DNA of 64,000 nucleotides from Verrucomicrobiota bacterium (GTDB lineage Bacteria > Verrucomicrobiota > Verrucomicrobiia > Limisphaerales > J093), in assembly GCA_022710935.1 (NCBI GenBank), contig JAKLFY010000027.1, positions 1,279-65,278 on the forward strand. The letters run 5' to 3'. The notes beneath the pieces were generated by a model. It searched no databases and was not told the DNA's origin. It was given only the letters and a program-made list of their open reading frames with translations. This document shows positions 18,422-27,499 of the stretch, in pieces. The translations under genes and the position numbers were made by a program. Positions within the stretch are counted from its first letter, which is position 1. Each line of letters begins with the position of its first letter.

Positions 18422-20401
18422 ATGTCCACTCTCTCATTCAAAACCTTCCTGGCAGTTGCGGCGCTCGCCCTCGGCACAACGTTCGTCCGCGGCCAGCAAC
18501 CGTCCCCGCTGGTCACGCAAACGGCCGACAAGTCGATTGCCGTGCTCCAGTCCCCAAGCTCGACCGTCAAGGAGAAGACCGATGCCTGCCGGCAATTGGC
18601 CGTGACCGGCGGCGCCGCCGCCGTGCCGGCCCTGGTGGCGCTCCTGCCGGACGAAACGCTCAATCACATGGCCCGGTACGCCCTCGAAACGATTCCGGAC
18701 CGCGCCGTCGACGACGCCCTGCGCGGCGCGCTCGACCGGCTGAGCGGACGCCAACTCGTCGGCGTCATCGACAGCATCGGCGTGCGGGGCGACGCGAAGT
18801 CGATCGCGGCCTTGACGCCGCGACTGCGCGCGGCGGATCCCGATGTCGCGCAGGCCGCCGCGCGGGCTCTGGGCAGCATTGGCACCGTCGAGGCAGCCCA
18901 GGCCATCGAGGCCGCGCTGGGGACCGCATCCGCGGAGAACCAGCTCGCCTTTTGCGAGGGCCTGTTCCGATCGGCCGAGACCCTCGCGGCCAAGGGCGAC
19001 AACGCCCAGGCCCTGCGCGTGTACAACCGCCTGCGCGCGCTTCCGAGCGCTTCGCATCAGGTTCGAGCAGGCGCATGGCGCGGCGCGATCCTGACCCACG
19101 GTCTGGCGGGTCTCCCGCTCCTCGAAGAGGCCTGGCAAAGCCCGGATCACATCCTCACAGCCGCTGCCGCCCGGGCTGCCATGGAGATGCGCGGGCCCGA
19201 GGTCACTCGAGCCCTGATCTCGCTGGCCAATGCGCTGAACGGCGACAAGCGGATCCTCGCCCTGCAGGTCCTCACAAAACGGGGCGATCCGGCCGGATTG
19301 CCCGCGCTGATCGCAGCCGTCCAGAGCAACGAGAAGCCGGTTCGCCTCGCGGCCATTCGCGCCATGCCCGAGCTTGGCCAGGCCGCGGCGCTGAACCCGC
19401 TGAGCCAATTGCTCGGCGATGCCGATGCGGAGATTGCCAGGACGGCCCAGGAAGCCCTCGCGGCACTCCCCGGCGACGCCGTGGACAGCGCCGTCGTCGG
19501 AATGCTTTCCAGCTCGCGCGCGGCGGAGCGGCTGACGGCGATCGATCTCATCGGACGCCGCCGCATGGAAGCCTGCGTGCCGGCCCTGTTGCAGGCCGCG
19601 ACCGACGCCGATGCCTCGGTGCGTCCGGCGGCGTTGAAACGCCTCGGAGAACTGAGCAGTCCGGCCCAATTGCCTCATCTGCTCGATTTGCTCCTCAAGG
19701 CCGGCGATGCCGCGGATCGCGATGCCGCCGAACAGGCTGTGAGCGCCGTGTGCGCGCGCGCCGAGGCCCCGGCCTCGTGCGTGAACCAGGTCACGCAACG
19801 GCTGGCCTCGGCTCAGCCCGACGCCAAAGGCGCGCTGCTGCGCGTTTTGACCGGTGTGGGTGGAGCCGACGCCCTCAAGGCGGCTCGGGCCGCCGTCAAC
19901 GATCCCAATGCCGAGGTGCGCGCCTCCGCGATCCGGGCGCTGAGCTCATGGAAAACCGAGGATGTCGTCCCCGAATTGCTCGCCCTGGCCCGATCCTCCG
20001 CCAACCCGACCGAGAGGCTGCTCGCCTTGCGGGGCTACTTCGGATGGGCGTCCAACGCCGAATTGCCCGCGGAACGCCGTCTGGCTCTGTGCCAGGAGGC
20101 CGCGGGCGTCGTCCAGCAGGCCGAGGAGAAGAAGCTGCTCTTGGGCGCGTTGGGGAGCATCAAGACGTCCGGCGCGTTCGCCGCGGCCGTGCCTTATCTC
20201 GACGATGCGGCGGTGCGGGCGGAAGCCGGCACGGCGGTGATTGTCATCGGCGAGGAATTGCTCAAGGGGCGTGAGGCGGCCGAGGTGGCGTCGAAGCTGG
20301 TGGCGCCGCTGCAAAAGGCCGCGCAAGCGATCTCGAATCCCGATCTGGCGCGCAAGGCCAACGCCCTGGCCGAGCAGGCGCAGAGGAAGGCCGCCCAGTA
20401 G
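18422..20401 (+). CDS. Secreted HEAT-repeat protein (PBS-lyase HEAT-like repeats)
   Basis: The track ORF 18050-20401 overlaps the previous gene. The in-frame ATG at 18422 gives the signal peptide MSTLSFKTFLAVAALALGTTFVRG. The body has repeated ...AAVPALVALL.D...VR.AA..ALG.IG motifs throughout. Confidence 0.8.
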   Translation: MSTLSFKTFLAVAALALGTTFVRGQQPSPLVTQTADKSIAVLQSPSSTVKEKTDACRQLAVTGGAAAVPALVALLPDETLNHMARYALETIPDRAVDDALRGALDRLSGRQLVGVIDSIGVRGDAKSIAALTPRLRAADPDVAQAAARALGSIGTVEAAQAIEAALGTASAENQLAFCEGLFRSAETLAAKGDNAQALRVYNRLRALPSASHQVRAGAWRGAILTHGLAGLPLLEEAWQSPDHILTAAAARAAMEMRGPEVTRALISLANALNGDKRILALQVLTKRGDPAGLPALIAAVQSNEKPVRLAAIRAMPELGQAAALNPLSQLLGDADAEIARTAQEALAALPGDAVDSAVVGMLSSSRAAERLTAIDLIGRRRMEACVPALLQAATDADASVRPAALKRLGELSSPAQLPHLLDLLLKAGDAADRDAAEQAVSAVCARAEAPASCVNQVTQRLASAQPDAKGALLRVLTGVGGADALKAARAAVNDPNAEVRASAIRALSSWKTEDVVPELLALARSSANPTERLLALRGYFGWASNAELPAERRLALCQEAAGVVQQAEEKKLLLGALGSIKTSGAFAAAVPYLDDAAVRAEAGTAVIVIGEELLKGREAAEVASKLVAPLQKAAQAISNPDLARKANALAEQAQRKAAQ

Positions 20402-20407
20402 CGCCTC

Positions 20408-20509
20408 CATGAACCGCTGTTTCGTAGCCGCGGACATGAGTCCGCGCCATCTCGCTCCGTCAAGGGCAGGGATCAGCGCCGTCTCACGACGGCGGCTACG
20501 GCGTTCACG
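20408..20509. repeat. CATGAAC-terminated palindromic element (intergenic copy)
   Basis: Termini are CATGAAC...GTTCACG. The core ATGAGTCCGCGCCATCTCGCTCCGTCAAGGGCAGGGATCAGCGCC is ~85-90% identical to 29310-29354. Confidence 0.75.
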
Positions 20510-20553
20510 TCCACTGGGCAGTGCGGCAAGGCACGGGTCGCTACCCTTTGCCG

Positions 20554-21543
20554 ATGACGCATGTTGAGCGCTTTCTGGCGGTGATGAGTTTCCAGGCGGT
20601 GGATCGCCTGCCGCGCTGGGAATGGGCCATGTGGTGGGACCAGACCATCGCGCGCTGGCACCGGGAAGGCCTGCCCGCGAATCTCCACTTCAGCCAGGTC
20701 TTTGACATCGCCGCGCACTTCGGCCTCGATCCGTACCAGCAGTTCTGGTTCAGCACGACCGACCCGACGATCGCCGCCACGCAACACCACGTCGAGGGTG
20801 TGGTGGCCACGATGGACGATTACGTTCGGATTCGTCCGCGGCTCTTCCCATCGCATGCGGCGGCGATGCAGAGTCTGGGGCCGTGGGCGGATCGGCAGCG
20901 CCGGGGCGAAGCGGTTGTGTGGGCGACGTTCGAGGGTTTCTTCTGGTTCCCGCGCACGCTGATGGGATTCAGTCCCCTGATGCTGGCGTTCTACGACCAG
21001 CCGGAGTTGATTCACGCCATCAACCGCGATCTGCTCGCCTTCAACCTGGATCTGTTGGATCGGATGACGCGGCTCTGCGTGCCGACGTTCATGACGGTGG
21101 CCGAGGACCTCTCCTACAACCACGGGCCGATGATCTCGAAGGCGATGTTCGACGCCTTCGTGGCGCCCTATTACCGCGATCTGATTCCCCGGCTGCATGA
21201 GCGGGGCATCCTGGTGTTTGTGGATACCGACGGCGATGTTACCCGCGTCGTGCCCTGGCTGCAGGAGCTTGGGATTGCCGGCGTGCTCCCGCTCGAACGC
21301 CAGGCTGGCGTCGATGGAATGCAACTGCGCCGCCAGTTCCCACGGTTCCGGTTCGTTGGCCATTTCGACAAAATGACCATGACGCGCGGCGAGGCCGCCA
21401 TGCGAGCCGAGTTCGAGCGGTTGCGTCCGCTCATGGCGTCCGGCGGCTTCATCCCGAGCGTCGACCATCAGACCCCGCCCGGCGTGTCTTTGGATCAGTA
21501 CCGGCTCTACCTGCGATTGCTCGACGAGCACACGGCGCTCTGA
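20554..21543 (+). CDS. Uroporphyrinogen decarboxylase (URO-D) family protein, MtaA/CmuA-like
   Basis: MTHVERFLAVMSFQAVDRLPRWEWAMWW... and ...FMTVAEDLSYNHGPMISKAMFDAFVAPYY...VFVDTDGDV...PLERQAGVD. This is a URO-D-fold pattern. The ATG at 20554 is preferred over the track start at 20521. Confidence 0.75.
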   Translation: MTHVERFLAVMSFQAVDRLPRWEWAMWWDQTIARWHREGLPANLHFSQVFDIAAHFGLDPYQQFWFSTTDPTIAATQHHVEGVVATMDDYVRIRPRLFPSHAAAMQSLGPWADRQRRGEAVVWATFEGFFWFPRTLMGFSPLMLAFYDQPELIHAINRDLLAFNLDLLDRMTRLCVPTFMTVAEDLSYNHGPMISKAMFDAFVAPYYRDLIPRLHERGILVFVDTDGDVTRVVPWLQELGIAGVLPLERQAGVDGMQLRRQFPRFRFVGHFDKMTMTRGEAAMRAEFERLRPLMASGGFIPSVDHQTPPGVSLDQYRLYLRLLDEHTAL

Positions 21544-21555
21544 GCCGACGCCGGG

Positions 21556-22902
21556 TCAGCCGTTCCACGCCAGGGCCCGATCGATGCGCGCGAAAACCTT
21601 GTCGCGTCCGAGGACTTCGAGCAGGTGATACAGGCTCGGTCCGACCGTCTTGCCGGTGCAGGCCATCCGGGTGGGATGCACCAGGGCGCCGACCTTGACT
21701 CCGAGTTGCCCGGCGAGGTTCTTGAGACACGCCTCGAGGTGCAGCGCCGTGAACTCGGGCAGCGCGCCAAACGCCTCGCGGAGCTTGCGCAGGCGGTCGC
21801 GGCCCTCGGCGGTGAAATCCTTGGCCGCGGCCTGCGTGTCCCATGAGATCTCGTCCGTGAAGTAGAAGCCGGCGTAACCACCCAGCTCGGCGAAGGTCTT
21901 GAGCTTGCCATGGCAGGTGTCGAGCGCGGCCTTGACGTAGGACAGGGGGAACCGATTGGTGTCGATGCCCGCCTTGGCCAGGGCATGGACGCAGAGCTCG
22001 TAAAAGCGGTCGGGACTCATGACGCGCATGTACTCGGCGTTCATCCACTGGAGCTTGGCCATGTCGAAGCGCGCATTGTGCCGCAGGATCTGCGAGAGAT
22101 CGAATCGCTCGATGATCTCCTTGATGGGGAGGATCTCGCGGTTGTCCTTCGGAGACCAGCCCAGGAGACAGAGGTAATTGACCACCGCCTCCGGCGTGTA
22201 GCCTTCATCGAGATACGTCGAGAGCGACGCGCCCTGATCGCGCTTGCTCATCTTGGTGCCGTCGGGATTGAGGATGAGCGGGATGTGGGCGTAGGCGGGC
22301 GGCGCAACCCCGAAGGCCCGGAACAGCGCGATGTGTTTGGGGGTGTTCGACAGGTGATCCTCGCCGCGAATGACGTGCGTGATTCCCATTTCAAGGTCGT
22401 CAATCACGTTGACCAGATGAAACACGGGCTGTCCGTCGCTCCGGACAATCACGAAATCGGGATCGCGCGCCTCGCGATCGGTGAGCTCGCGACGCACCTC
22501 CCCCACGATCAGGTCCGGCACCACGATCGGCTCGCGGGGCATGCGGAAGCGCACGGCGCCCTCGTGCTCGTAGGCCATGTCGCGCGCAAGCAGCGCCTCG
22601 ACCCGCCGCCGGTAGTTCTCCTGCCGCTGCGATTGATAGTACGGGCCGCGCTCGCCCTTGTAGGGCCCGGTCGCGTCGCTGGTCAACGGACCTTCGTCCC
22701 AGTTGATCCCCAGCCAGCGGAGTCCCTGGAGAATCACGTCCACCGCCTCCTGCGTGTTGCGCGCCGTGTCCGTGTCCTCGATGCGGAGAATCAGATGCCC
22801 CCCGACGTGGCGCGCGTAGAGCCAGTTGAACAGCGCTGTGCGCGCGCCGCCGATGTGGAGGAAGCCGGTCGGGCTGGGGGCGAATCGGACACGGATGCTC
22901 AT
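21556..22902 (-). CDS. gltX: Glutamate--tRNA ligase
   Basis: MSIRVRFAPSPTGFLHIGGARTALFNW (HIGH motif). LILRIEDTD. GTKMSKRD (KMSKS motif). Confidence 0.95.
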   Translation of the reverse strand: MSIRVRFAPSPTGFLHIGGARTALFNWLYARHVGGHLILRIEDTDTARNTQEAVDVILQGLRWLGINWDEGPLTSDATGPYKGERGPYYQSQRQENYRRRVEALLARDMAYEHEGAVRFRMPREPIVVPDLIVGEVRRELTDREARDPDFVIVRSDGQPVFHLVNVIDDLEMGITHVIRGEDHLSNTPKHIALFRAFGVAPPAYAHIPLILNPDGTKMSKRDQGASLSTYLDEGYTPEAVVNYLCLLGWSPKDNREILPIKEIIERFDLSQILRHNARFDMAKLQWMNAEYMRVMSPDRFYELCVHALAKAGIDTNRFPLSYVKAALDTCHGKLKTFAELGGYAGFYFTDEISWDTQAAAKDFTAEGRDRLRKLREAFGALPEFTALHLEACLKNLAGQLGVKVGALVHPTRMACTGKTVGPSLYHLLEVLGRDKVFARIDRALAWNG

Positions 22903-22940
22903 GGATGAATCAGCCTATGGTTGCGGTTCAAATGAAAGGA

Positions 22941-24143
22941 CTATTTCGCCAGTTTCTTCACCACCTCGGCCAATCCGCCCGCGACCGGCTCGATCTCGAT
23001 CGTGCGCTTCGAGCGGGGGCCGGGGACCGGGCCTGGCGGGGTCGTCAGAGGCGTCTCGTGCGGGCGCCCGTCCTGCCCGGGCGCGGCAGGGGGCAGGGGG
23101 GAGGGGATCATCGCCGGCTCGGCGTCCGCATCGGCGGTCTCGGCCGTGTTCGCCAGGGACCAGTCCTTGCGTTTGTCGAGCCAGCGCTGGTACCGATCAA
23201 ATGTCCACATGCCATGGTCGGCGCCGGTCTCGATCATGGGGAAGATTTTGAAGAACTCGCCCTGGCGGATGAAGTTCTTGACTGCATGCGTGCCGACCAG
23301 GATTTCACATTCGGGGATCCGCAGTTTGAGGTCGGGTCGGTAGCGGAGGCGCTGGCACACGACGGCCTGGATGCAATCGGCTAGAGCGGCGCGCACGCTT
23401 CCCTGGCTCTCGGGCGCGAAGGCGGAGACGATGCGCTGGAGGGCCTCGGCCGCAGTCGAGGAGTGCATGGTGGCAAAGACGAGGTGGCCGGTTTCCGAGG
23501 CATTGAGCGTGAGCCGCATCGTGGCGGGTTCGCGCATCTCGCCGACCATCAGAACATCGGGGTCTTCGCGCAACGAGTCGAGCAGGGCTTGCTCGAACGA
23601 GGGCGTGTCGCGCCCCACCTCGCGTTGGCGGATGAAGGAACGGCGCGGCCTGAACGTGTACTCGATCGGGCTCTCGACGGTCACGATGTGCCGCGCCTCG
23701 GCCAGGTTGATCTCCTGGATGAAGGCGGCGAGGGTTGTCGACTTGCCGCACCCGGTCGGCCCGCAGACCAGGACCAGGCCGTGTTGGAGGCGGGCGAACT
23801 TCTCGAGATCGGGATGGAGATTGAGGCGTTCAAGCGTGGCGGCGAACGAGGCCAGCAGGCGGATGGCAAAGCCGATCCCGCGCGTGCTGTTCAGGACATT
23901 GATGCGGCAGCGCACCCCGGCGATGGCCCGGGACATGTCGAAGGAACGCCGTTCGAGGAAGGCCGGCCAGTGGGCCTCGCCGATAAGCTCGCGTGCGGCC
24001 TCGATGAGGTTCTTGGCCGGCACCGGATCGTCCTGCACCTTGAGGACGCCGTTGATCCGAAAGGCGGGAGGCAGGCCCGGTTCGAGATGCAGGTCGCTGG
24101 CGCCTTGCGCCTTGGCTGTAGCGACCAGGTTCTCAAGTGTCAT
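22941..24143 (-). CDS. pilT: Type IV pilus twitching-motility ATPase PilT family, with Pro-rich C-terminal tail
   Basis: ASDLHLEPGLPPAFRINGVL. Walker A VCGPTGCGKSTT. DPDVLMVGEMRE. GHLVFATMHS. The tail after ~aa 335 is low-complexity. Confidence 0.9.
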   Translation of the reverse strand: MTLENLVATAKAQGASDLHLEPGLPPAFRINGVLKVQDDPVPAKNLIEAARELIGEAHWPAFLERRSFDMSRAIAGVRCRINVLNSTRGIGFAIRLLASFAATLERLNLHPDLEKFARLQHGLVLVCGPTGCGKSTTLAAFIQEINLAEARHIVTVESPIEYTFRPRRSFIRQREVGRDTPSFEQALLDSLREDPDVLMVGEMREPATMRLTLNASETGHLVFATMHSSTAAEALQRIVSAFAPESQGSVRAALADCIQAVVCQRLRYRPDLKLRIPECEILVGTHAVKNFIRQGEFFKIFPMIETGADHGMWTFDRYQRWLDKRKDWSLANTAETADADAEPAMIPSPLPPAAPGQDGRPHETPLTTPPGPVPGPRSKRTIEIEPVAGGLAEVVKKLAK

Positions 24144-24253
24144 ACGATGTCTTCTTGGACTTGTTTACAACGCATTTTACCGGTCAAGGATTCTGAAGGA
24201 TGGCCTATCGCCGGGGCGAGCCCAAAATGCGCCCCGGGCGCGGAGCGCACCGC

Positions 24254-24425
24254 TTACAGAATGGGCATCATCAGCCTGTAGGCCGGGTCCCCTGACCCGG
24301 CGTCTGCACCGATGTCTGTCCTTGCGCCGCGTGGGGGCACGCGGCCTACAGCGGCAGTCGCCATTTGTTGTAGGTGCGGTGCCCTCGCCGGGCGACAAAA
24401 CACCGACAACAACCCGATGCGCGGG
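24254..24425. repeat. REP/BIME-like composite (forward hairpin, reversed hairpin, 'A' module), inverted relative to 2788-2936
   Basis: GTAG (24278-24281)+GCCGGGTC-CCCT-GACCCGGC. GCCGCGTG-GGGG-CACGCGGC+CTAC (24326-24349). GTAG (24370-24373)+a degenerate hairpin with tail GACAAAACACCGACAACAACCCGATGCGCG. Confidence 0.85.
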
Positions 24426-24498
24426 CGCCGCCGGCCGTCGCGCCGCGCGCCGTCGCGGGCTTGCAAGCCGGTCGAGATGGCACAACACTGCGGACGAC

Positions 24499-25764
24499 GT
24501 GCAGATCGAGCTCATCAATACCGGCACCGAGCTGATGCGGGGCGACGTGCTGAACACCGATCATCAGTGGCTGTGCCGGCAATTGGCCGACGCGGGCTAC
24601 ACCGTGGCGCGCCAGGTGGCGGTCGACGATGGCGCCGCCCACATTCAAGAGGCCGCGCGCGAAGCGCTGGGGCGGGCCGACATTGTCATCACCAGCGGCG
24701 GCTTGGGGCCGACTTCGGACGACTTGACGCGCGATGCGATCGCGGACCTGCTCGGACGGCGGCTCATCGAGGACGCTTCCGTGCGGGCCCGAATTGACGC
24801 CTGGTTCGCCGCCCGGAACCGTCCGCAACCGCCCGCCACGCGCATCCAGGCGATGGTCCCCGAGGGCGCGATTGTGATCCCCAACACCCACGGCACGGCG
24901 CCGGGCCTGCGGATGCGATGCGGTCACGGCTCGATCGCGGATTCCACAGTGGCAGCCGACAAGTGGCTGATCATGCTGCCCGGCCCGCCGCGCGAACTCC
25001 AGCCGATGTTCCTCGAAGGAGTGCTTCCGTGGCTCAAGGCCGCCTTTCCGCCGCCCGGACCGACCGTGTGCCGCATCCTGCGGAGCACGGGTTTGGGGGA
25101 GTCGGTGATCCAGGAGATGGTTGGGGAGCCGCTCTCGAAGCTTGGCGGCGGCGGGCTCGAAGTCGGGTACTGCGCGCGGCCCGGTGAAGTGGATGTGCGC
25201 TTGACGGCGTGCGGTGCGGCGGCCGAGGCGCTGGTGGCTGACGCCGAAACCGTGGTGCGCGGACAGCTCGGTGACCACGTGTTCGGGGTCGGCGGCGAGG
25301 TGCTCGAACAAGTGGTCGTCCGCCTTCTGACGAACCGTCGGCGGACGGTGGCGGCGGCTGAGTCGTGCACCGGCGGGCGGCTGTCCAGCCGGATCACCGA
25401 CGTGCCGGGCGCATCGGACGTGTTCGTGGGCGGCGCCGTCACCTACAGCAACGACCTCAAACAGCGGATGCTTGGTGTGCGGTCCGAGACACTGGCCGCC
25501 CATGGCGCCGTCAGCGAGGCCGCCGCCCGCGAGATGGCCGAGGGCGCGCGGGCGCGTCTCGGGGCCGATTACGCCCTGGCCACGACGGGAATCGCGGGTC
25601 CCTCGGGCGGCACCGAGACCAAGCCTGTCGGCACGGTCTTCATCGCCATGGCCGGGCCTGACCGGACCCTCGTCCGACACGAGTGGAATCGGTTCGACCG
25701 CGAGACATTCAAGCGCGTCACCACGCAACAGGCCCTCGATCTGCTGAGGCGCGAACTGCTATGA
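24499..25764 (+). CDS. cinA: CinA family competence/damage-inducible protein (MoCF-type domain + nicotinamide-nucleotide amidase PncC domain)
   Basis: The real gene is the 3' part of the long track ORF 23371-25764. The in-frame GTG at 24499 gives VQIELINTGTELMRGDVLNTD. ITSGGLGPTSDDLT. C-terminal TVAAAESCTGG...ATTGIAGPSGG. Confidence 0.9.
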   Translation: MQIELINTGTELMRGDVLNTDHQWLCRQLADAGYTVARQVAVDDGAAHIQEAAREALGRADIVITSGGLGPTSDDLTRDAIADLLGRRLIEDASVRARIDAWFAARNRPQPPATRIQAMVPEGAIVIPNTHGTAPGLRMRCGHGSIADSTVAADKWLIMLPGPPRELQPMFLEGVLPWLKAAFPPPGPTVCRILRSTGLGESVIQEMVGEPLSKLGGGGLEVGYCARPGEVDVRLTACGAAAEALVADAETVVRGQLGDHVFGVGGEVLEQVVVRLLTNRRRTVAAAESCTGGRLSSRITDVPGASDVFVGGAVTYSNDLKQRMLGVRSETLAAHGAVSEAAAREMAEGARARLGADYALATTGIAGPSGGTETKPVGTVFIAMAGPDRTLVRHEWNRFDRETFKRVTTQQALDLLRRELL

Positions 25765-26546
25765 TCCAGGATACGGTGCGCATCCTGCGGAACGATCGCG
25801 AGACCGGTCTGTACTATCGTCTGACGGTGCGGGCGCCGCGGGTTGCGCCGCTGATCCAGCCGGGGCAGTTCGCGCACGTGCGCATCGCGTTCCTGGGCGA
25901 GGCGCTCCTGCGGCGTCCGTTCAGCATTTTCCAGGTCGCGGATGAGACCTTCTCGGTCCTCTACAAGGCGGTCGGAAGAGGCACCGAAGCCCTGGCGCGG
26001 ATGCGTCCGGGAGACGACCTGAGCGTCATCGCGCCGCTTGGTCACGGATTCACGGTGCCGCAGCCGGGCGGGGAAACGCCTCTGCTGGTCGCGGGGGGCT
26101 ACGGCATGGCGGCCCTGTATCTGTTGGCCCAGCGCTCGCCGCAAAAGGGGGTCGTGTTCGTCGGCGGACGCCGGGGCGCGGATATCCTGTGCGAAGAGGA
26201 GTTCAGGGCGCTGGGCTGGGATGTGCGGGTGACGACCGAGGACGGCAGCCGCGGCGAGCGCGGCCTTGTGACGCAGCCTCTGATCGACGAAGTGCGTCGC
26301 GCCGCCGCCGGACGAAAGCTCTTTGCCTGCGGGCCGACGCCGATGCTCGAAGCCGTGGGCGGGATCGCGTCCGAGTTCGGAGTGCCGGCGGAACTCTCGA
26401 TGGACGAGCACATGTGCTGCGGCGTCGGGGTGTGCCTGGCGTGTGTCATTGCGATACGCAAAGGCGACGGATGGGAGTACCAGCGCACCTGCACCGAGGG
26501 GCCGGTCTTCGACGCGCGAACGATCGCCTGGAAAGCAAGAGGCTGA
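25761..26546 (+). CDS. pyrK: Dihydroorotate dehydrogenase (class 1B) electron-transfer subunit
   Basis: The ATG at 25761 overlaps the cinA stop (ATGA). FAD motif RRPFSIF. 2Fe-2S Cys cluster MCCGVGVCLACV...C. Confidence 0.9.
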   Translation: MIQDTVRILRNDRETGLYYRLTVRAPRVAPLIQPGQFAHVRIAFLGEALLRRPFSIFQVADETFSVLYKAVGRGTEALARMRPGDDLSVIAPLGHGFTVPQPGGETPLLVAGGYGMAALYLLAQRSPQKGVVFVGGRRGADILCEEEFRALGWDVRVTTEDGSRGERGLVTQPLIDEVRRAAAGRKLFACGPTPMLEAVGGIASEFGVPAELSMDEHMCCGVGVCLACVIAIRKGDGWEYQRTCTEGPVFDARTIAWKARG

Positions 26547-26551
26547 ATGCG

Positions 26552-27472
26552 ATGAACCTGTCGGTCCAGATTGGCCGGTTGACACTGCGGAATCCGGTAA
26601 CGGTCGCCTCCGGTACGTTCGGCTACGGGGTCGAGTACGCACGGTTGCTCGATCTGAACCGCCTCGGCGCTGTGGTTGTGAAGGGCATCCGGTTGGATCC
26701 CGTCCGCGGGAACCCGACGCCCCGGACGGCCGAGGTGGCCAGCGGCATGCTCAACGCCATCGGCTTGCAGGGGCCCGGGGTTGAGGGTTTCACCGCGCGT
26801 TACTGGCCCTTCCTCGCGGGGCTCGAGGTCCCGACGATCATCAATATCTGGGGAACGACCGTCGAGGAATACGCCGAGGTGGCGCGAAGGTTCGACGCCC
26901 TCGGCGGGGTCGGCGCGCTCGAACTGAACGTCTCGTGCCCGAACATCAAGGAAGGCGGCGCCCAGTTTGGCACCGATCTGAGACTGCTTCATCAGGTGGT
27001 GGCGGCCTGTCGAAAGGCCACATCCCTGCCGCTCATCACCAAGTTGAGCCCGAATGTGGTCAGCATCGCACCGTATGCCAAGGCGGCGGAGGAGGCCGGT
27101 TGCGACGCGTTGTCCATCACCAACAGCTTTCCGGCGATGGCCATCGACATCGAGACACGCCGGCCCCGGCTGGCCAACGGCACGGGCGGGCTGAGCGGGC
27201 CGTGCATCAAACCGATCGCAATCAAGCTGGTCTGGGACGCCGCCAGGGCCGTCCGCATCCCGATCATCGGCATGGGCGGCATCCAGAGCGCCGCGGACGC
27301 CATCGAGTTCATGATGGCCGGCGCGACGGCGGTGGCGGTGGGAACCGCGAATTTCTACGAGCCGCAGACCGCGTTGCAGGTCATGGACGGTCTTAGCGAG
27401 TTCATGCATCGTCACGGGATCGAGGACGTGCGCGAGATCGTCGGGAGCGTCAAAATGGAAAAGCGATCCTGA
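26552..27472 (+). CDS. pyrD: Dihydroorotate dehydrogenase catalytic subunit (class 1B)
   Basis: The in-frame ATG at 26552 gives MNLSVQIGRLTLRNPVTVASGTFGYG...NAIGLQGPGVE...LNVSCPN...TNS...GGLSGP.IKPIA. Confidence 0.95.
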   Translation: MNLSVQIGRLTLRNPVTVASGTFGYGVEYARLLDLNRLGAVVVKGIRLDPVRGNPTPRTAEVASGMLNAIGLQGPGVEGFTARYWPFLAGLEVPTIINIWGTTVEEYAEVARRFDALGGVGALELNVSCPNIKEGGAQFGTDLRLLHQVVAACRKATSLPLITKLSPNVVSIAPYAKAAEEAGCDALSITNSFPAMAIDIETRRPRLANGTGGLSGPCIKPIAIKLVWDAARAVRIPIIGMGGIQSAADAIEFMMAGATAVAVGTANFYEPQTALQVMDGLSEFMHRHGIEDVREIVGSVKMEKRS

Positions 27473-27499
27473 CCGGGCGGGGAACGGGGAGCATGAAGC

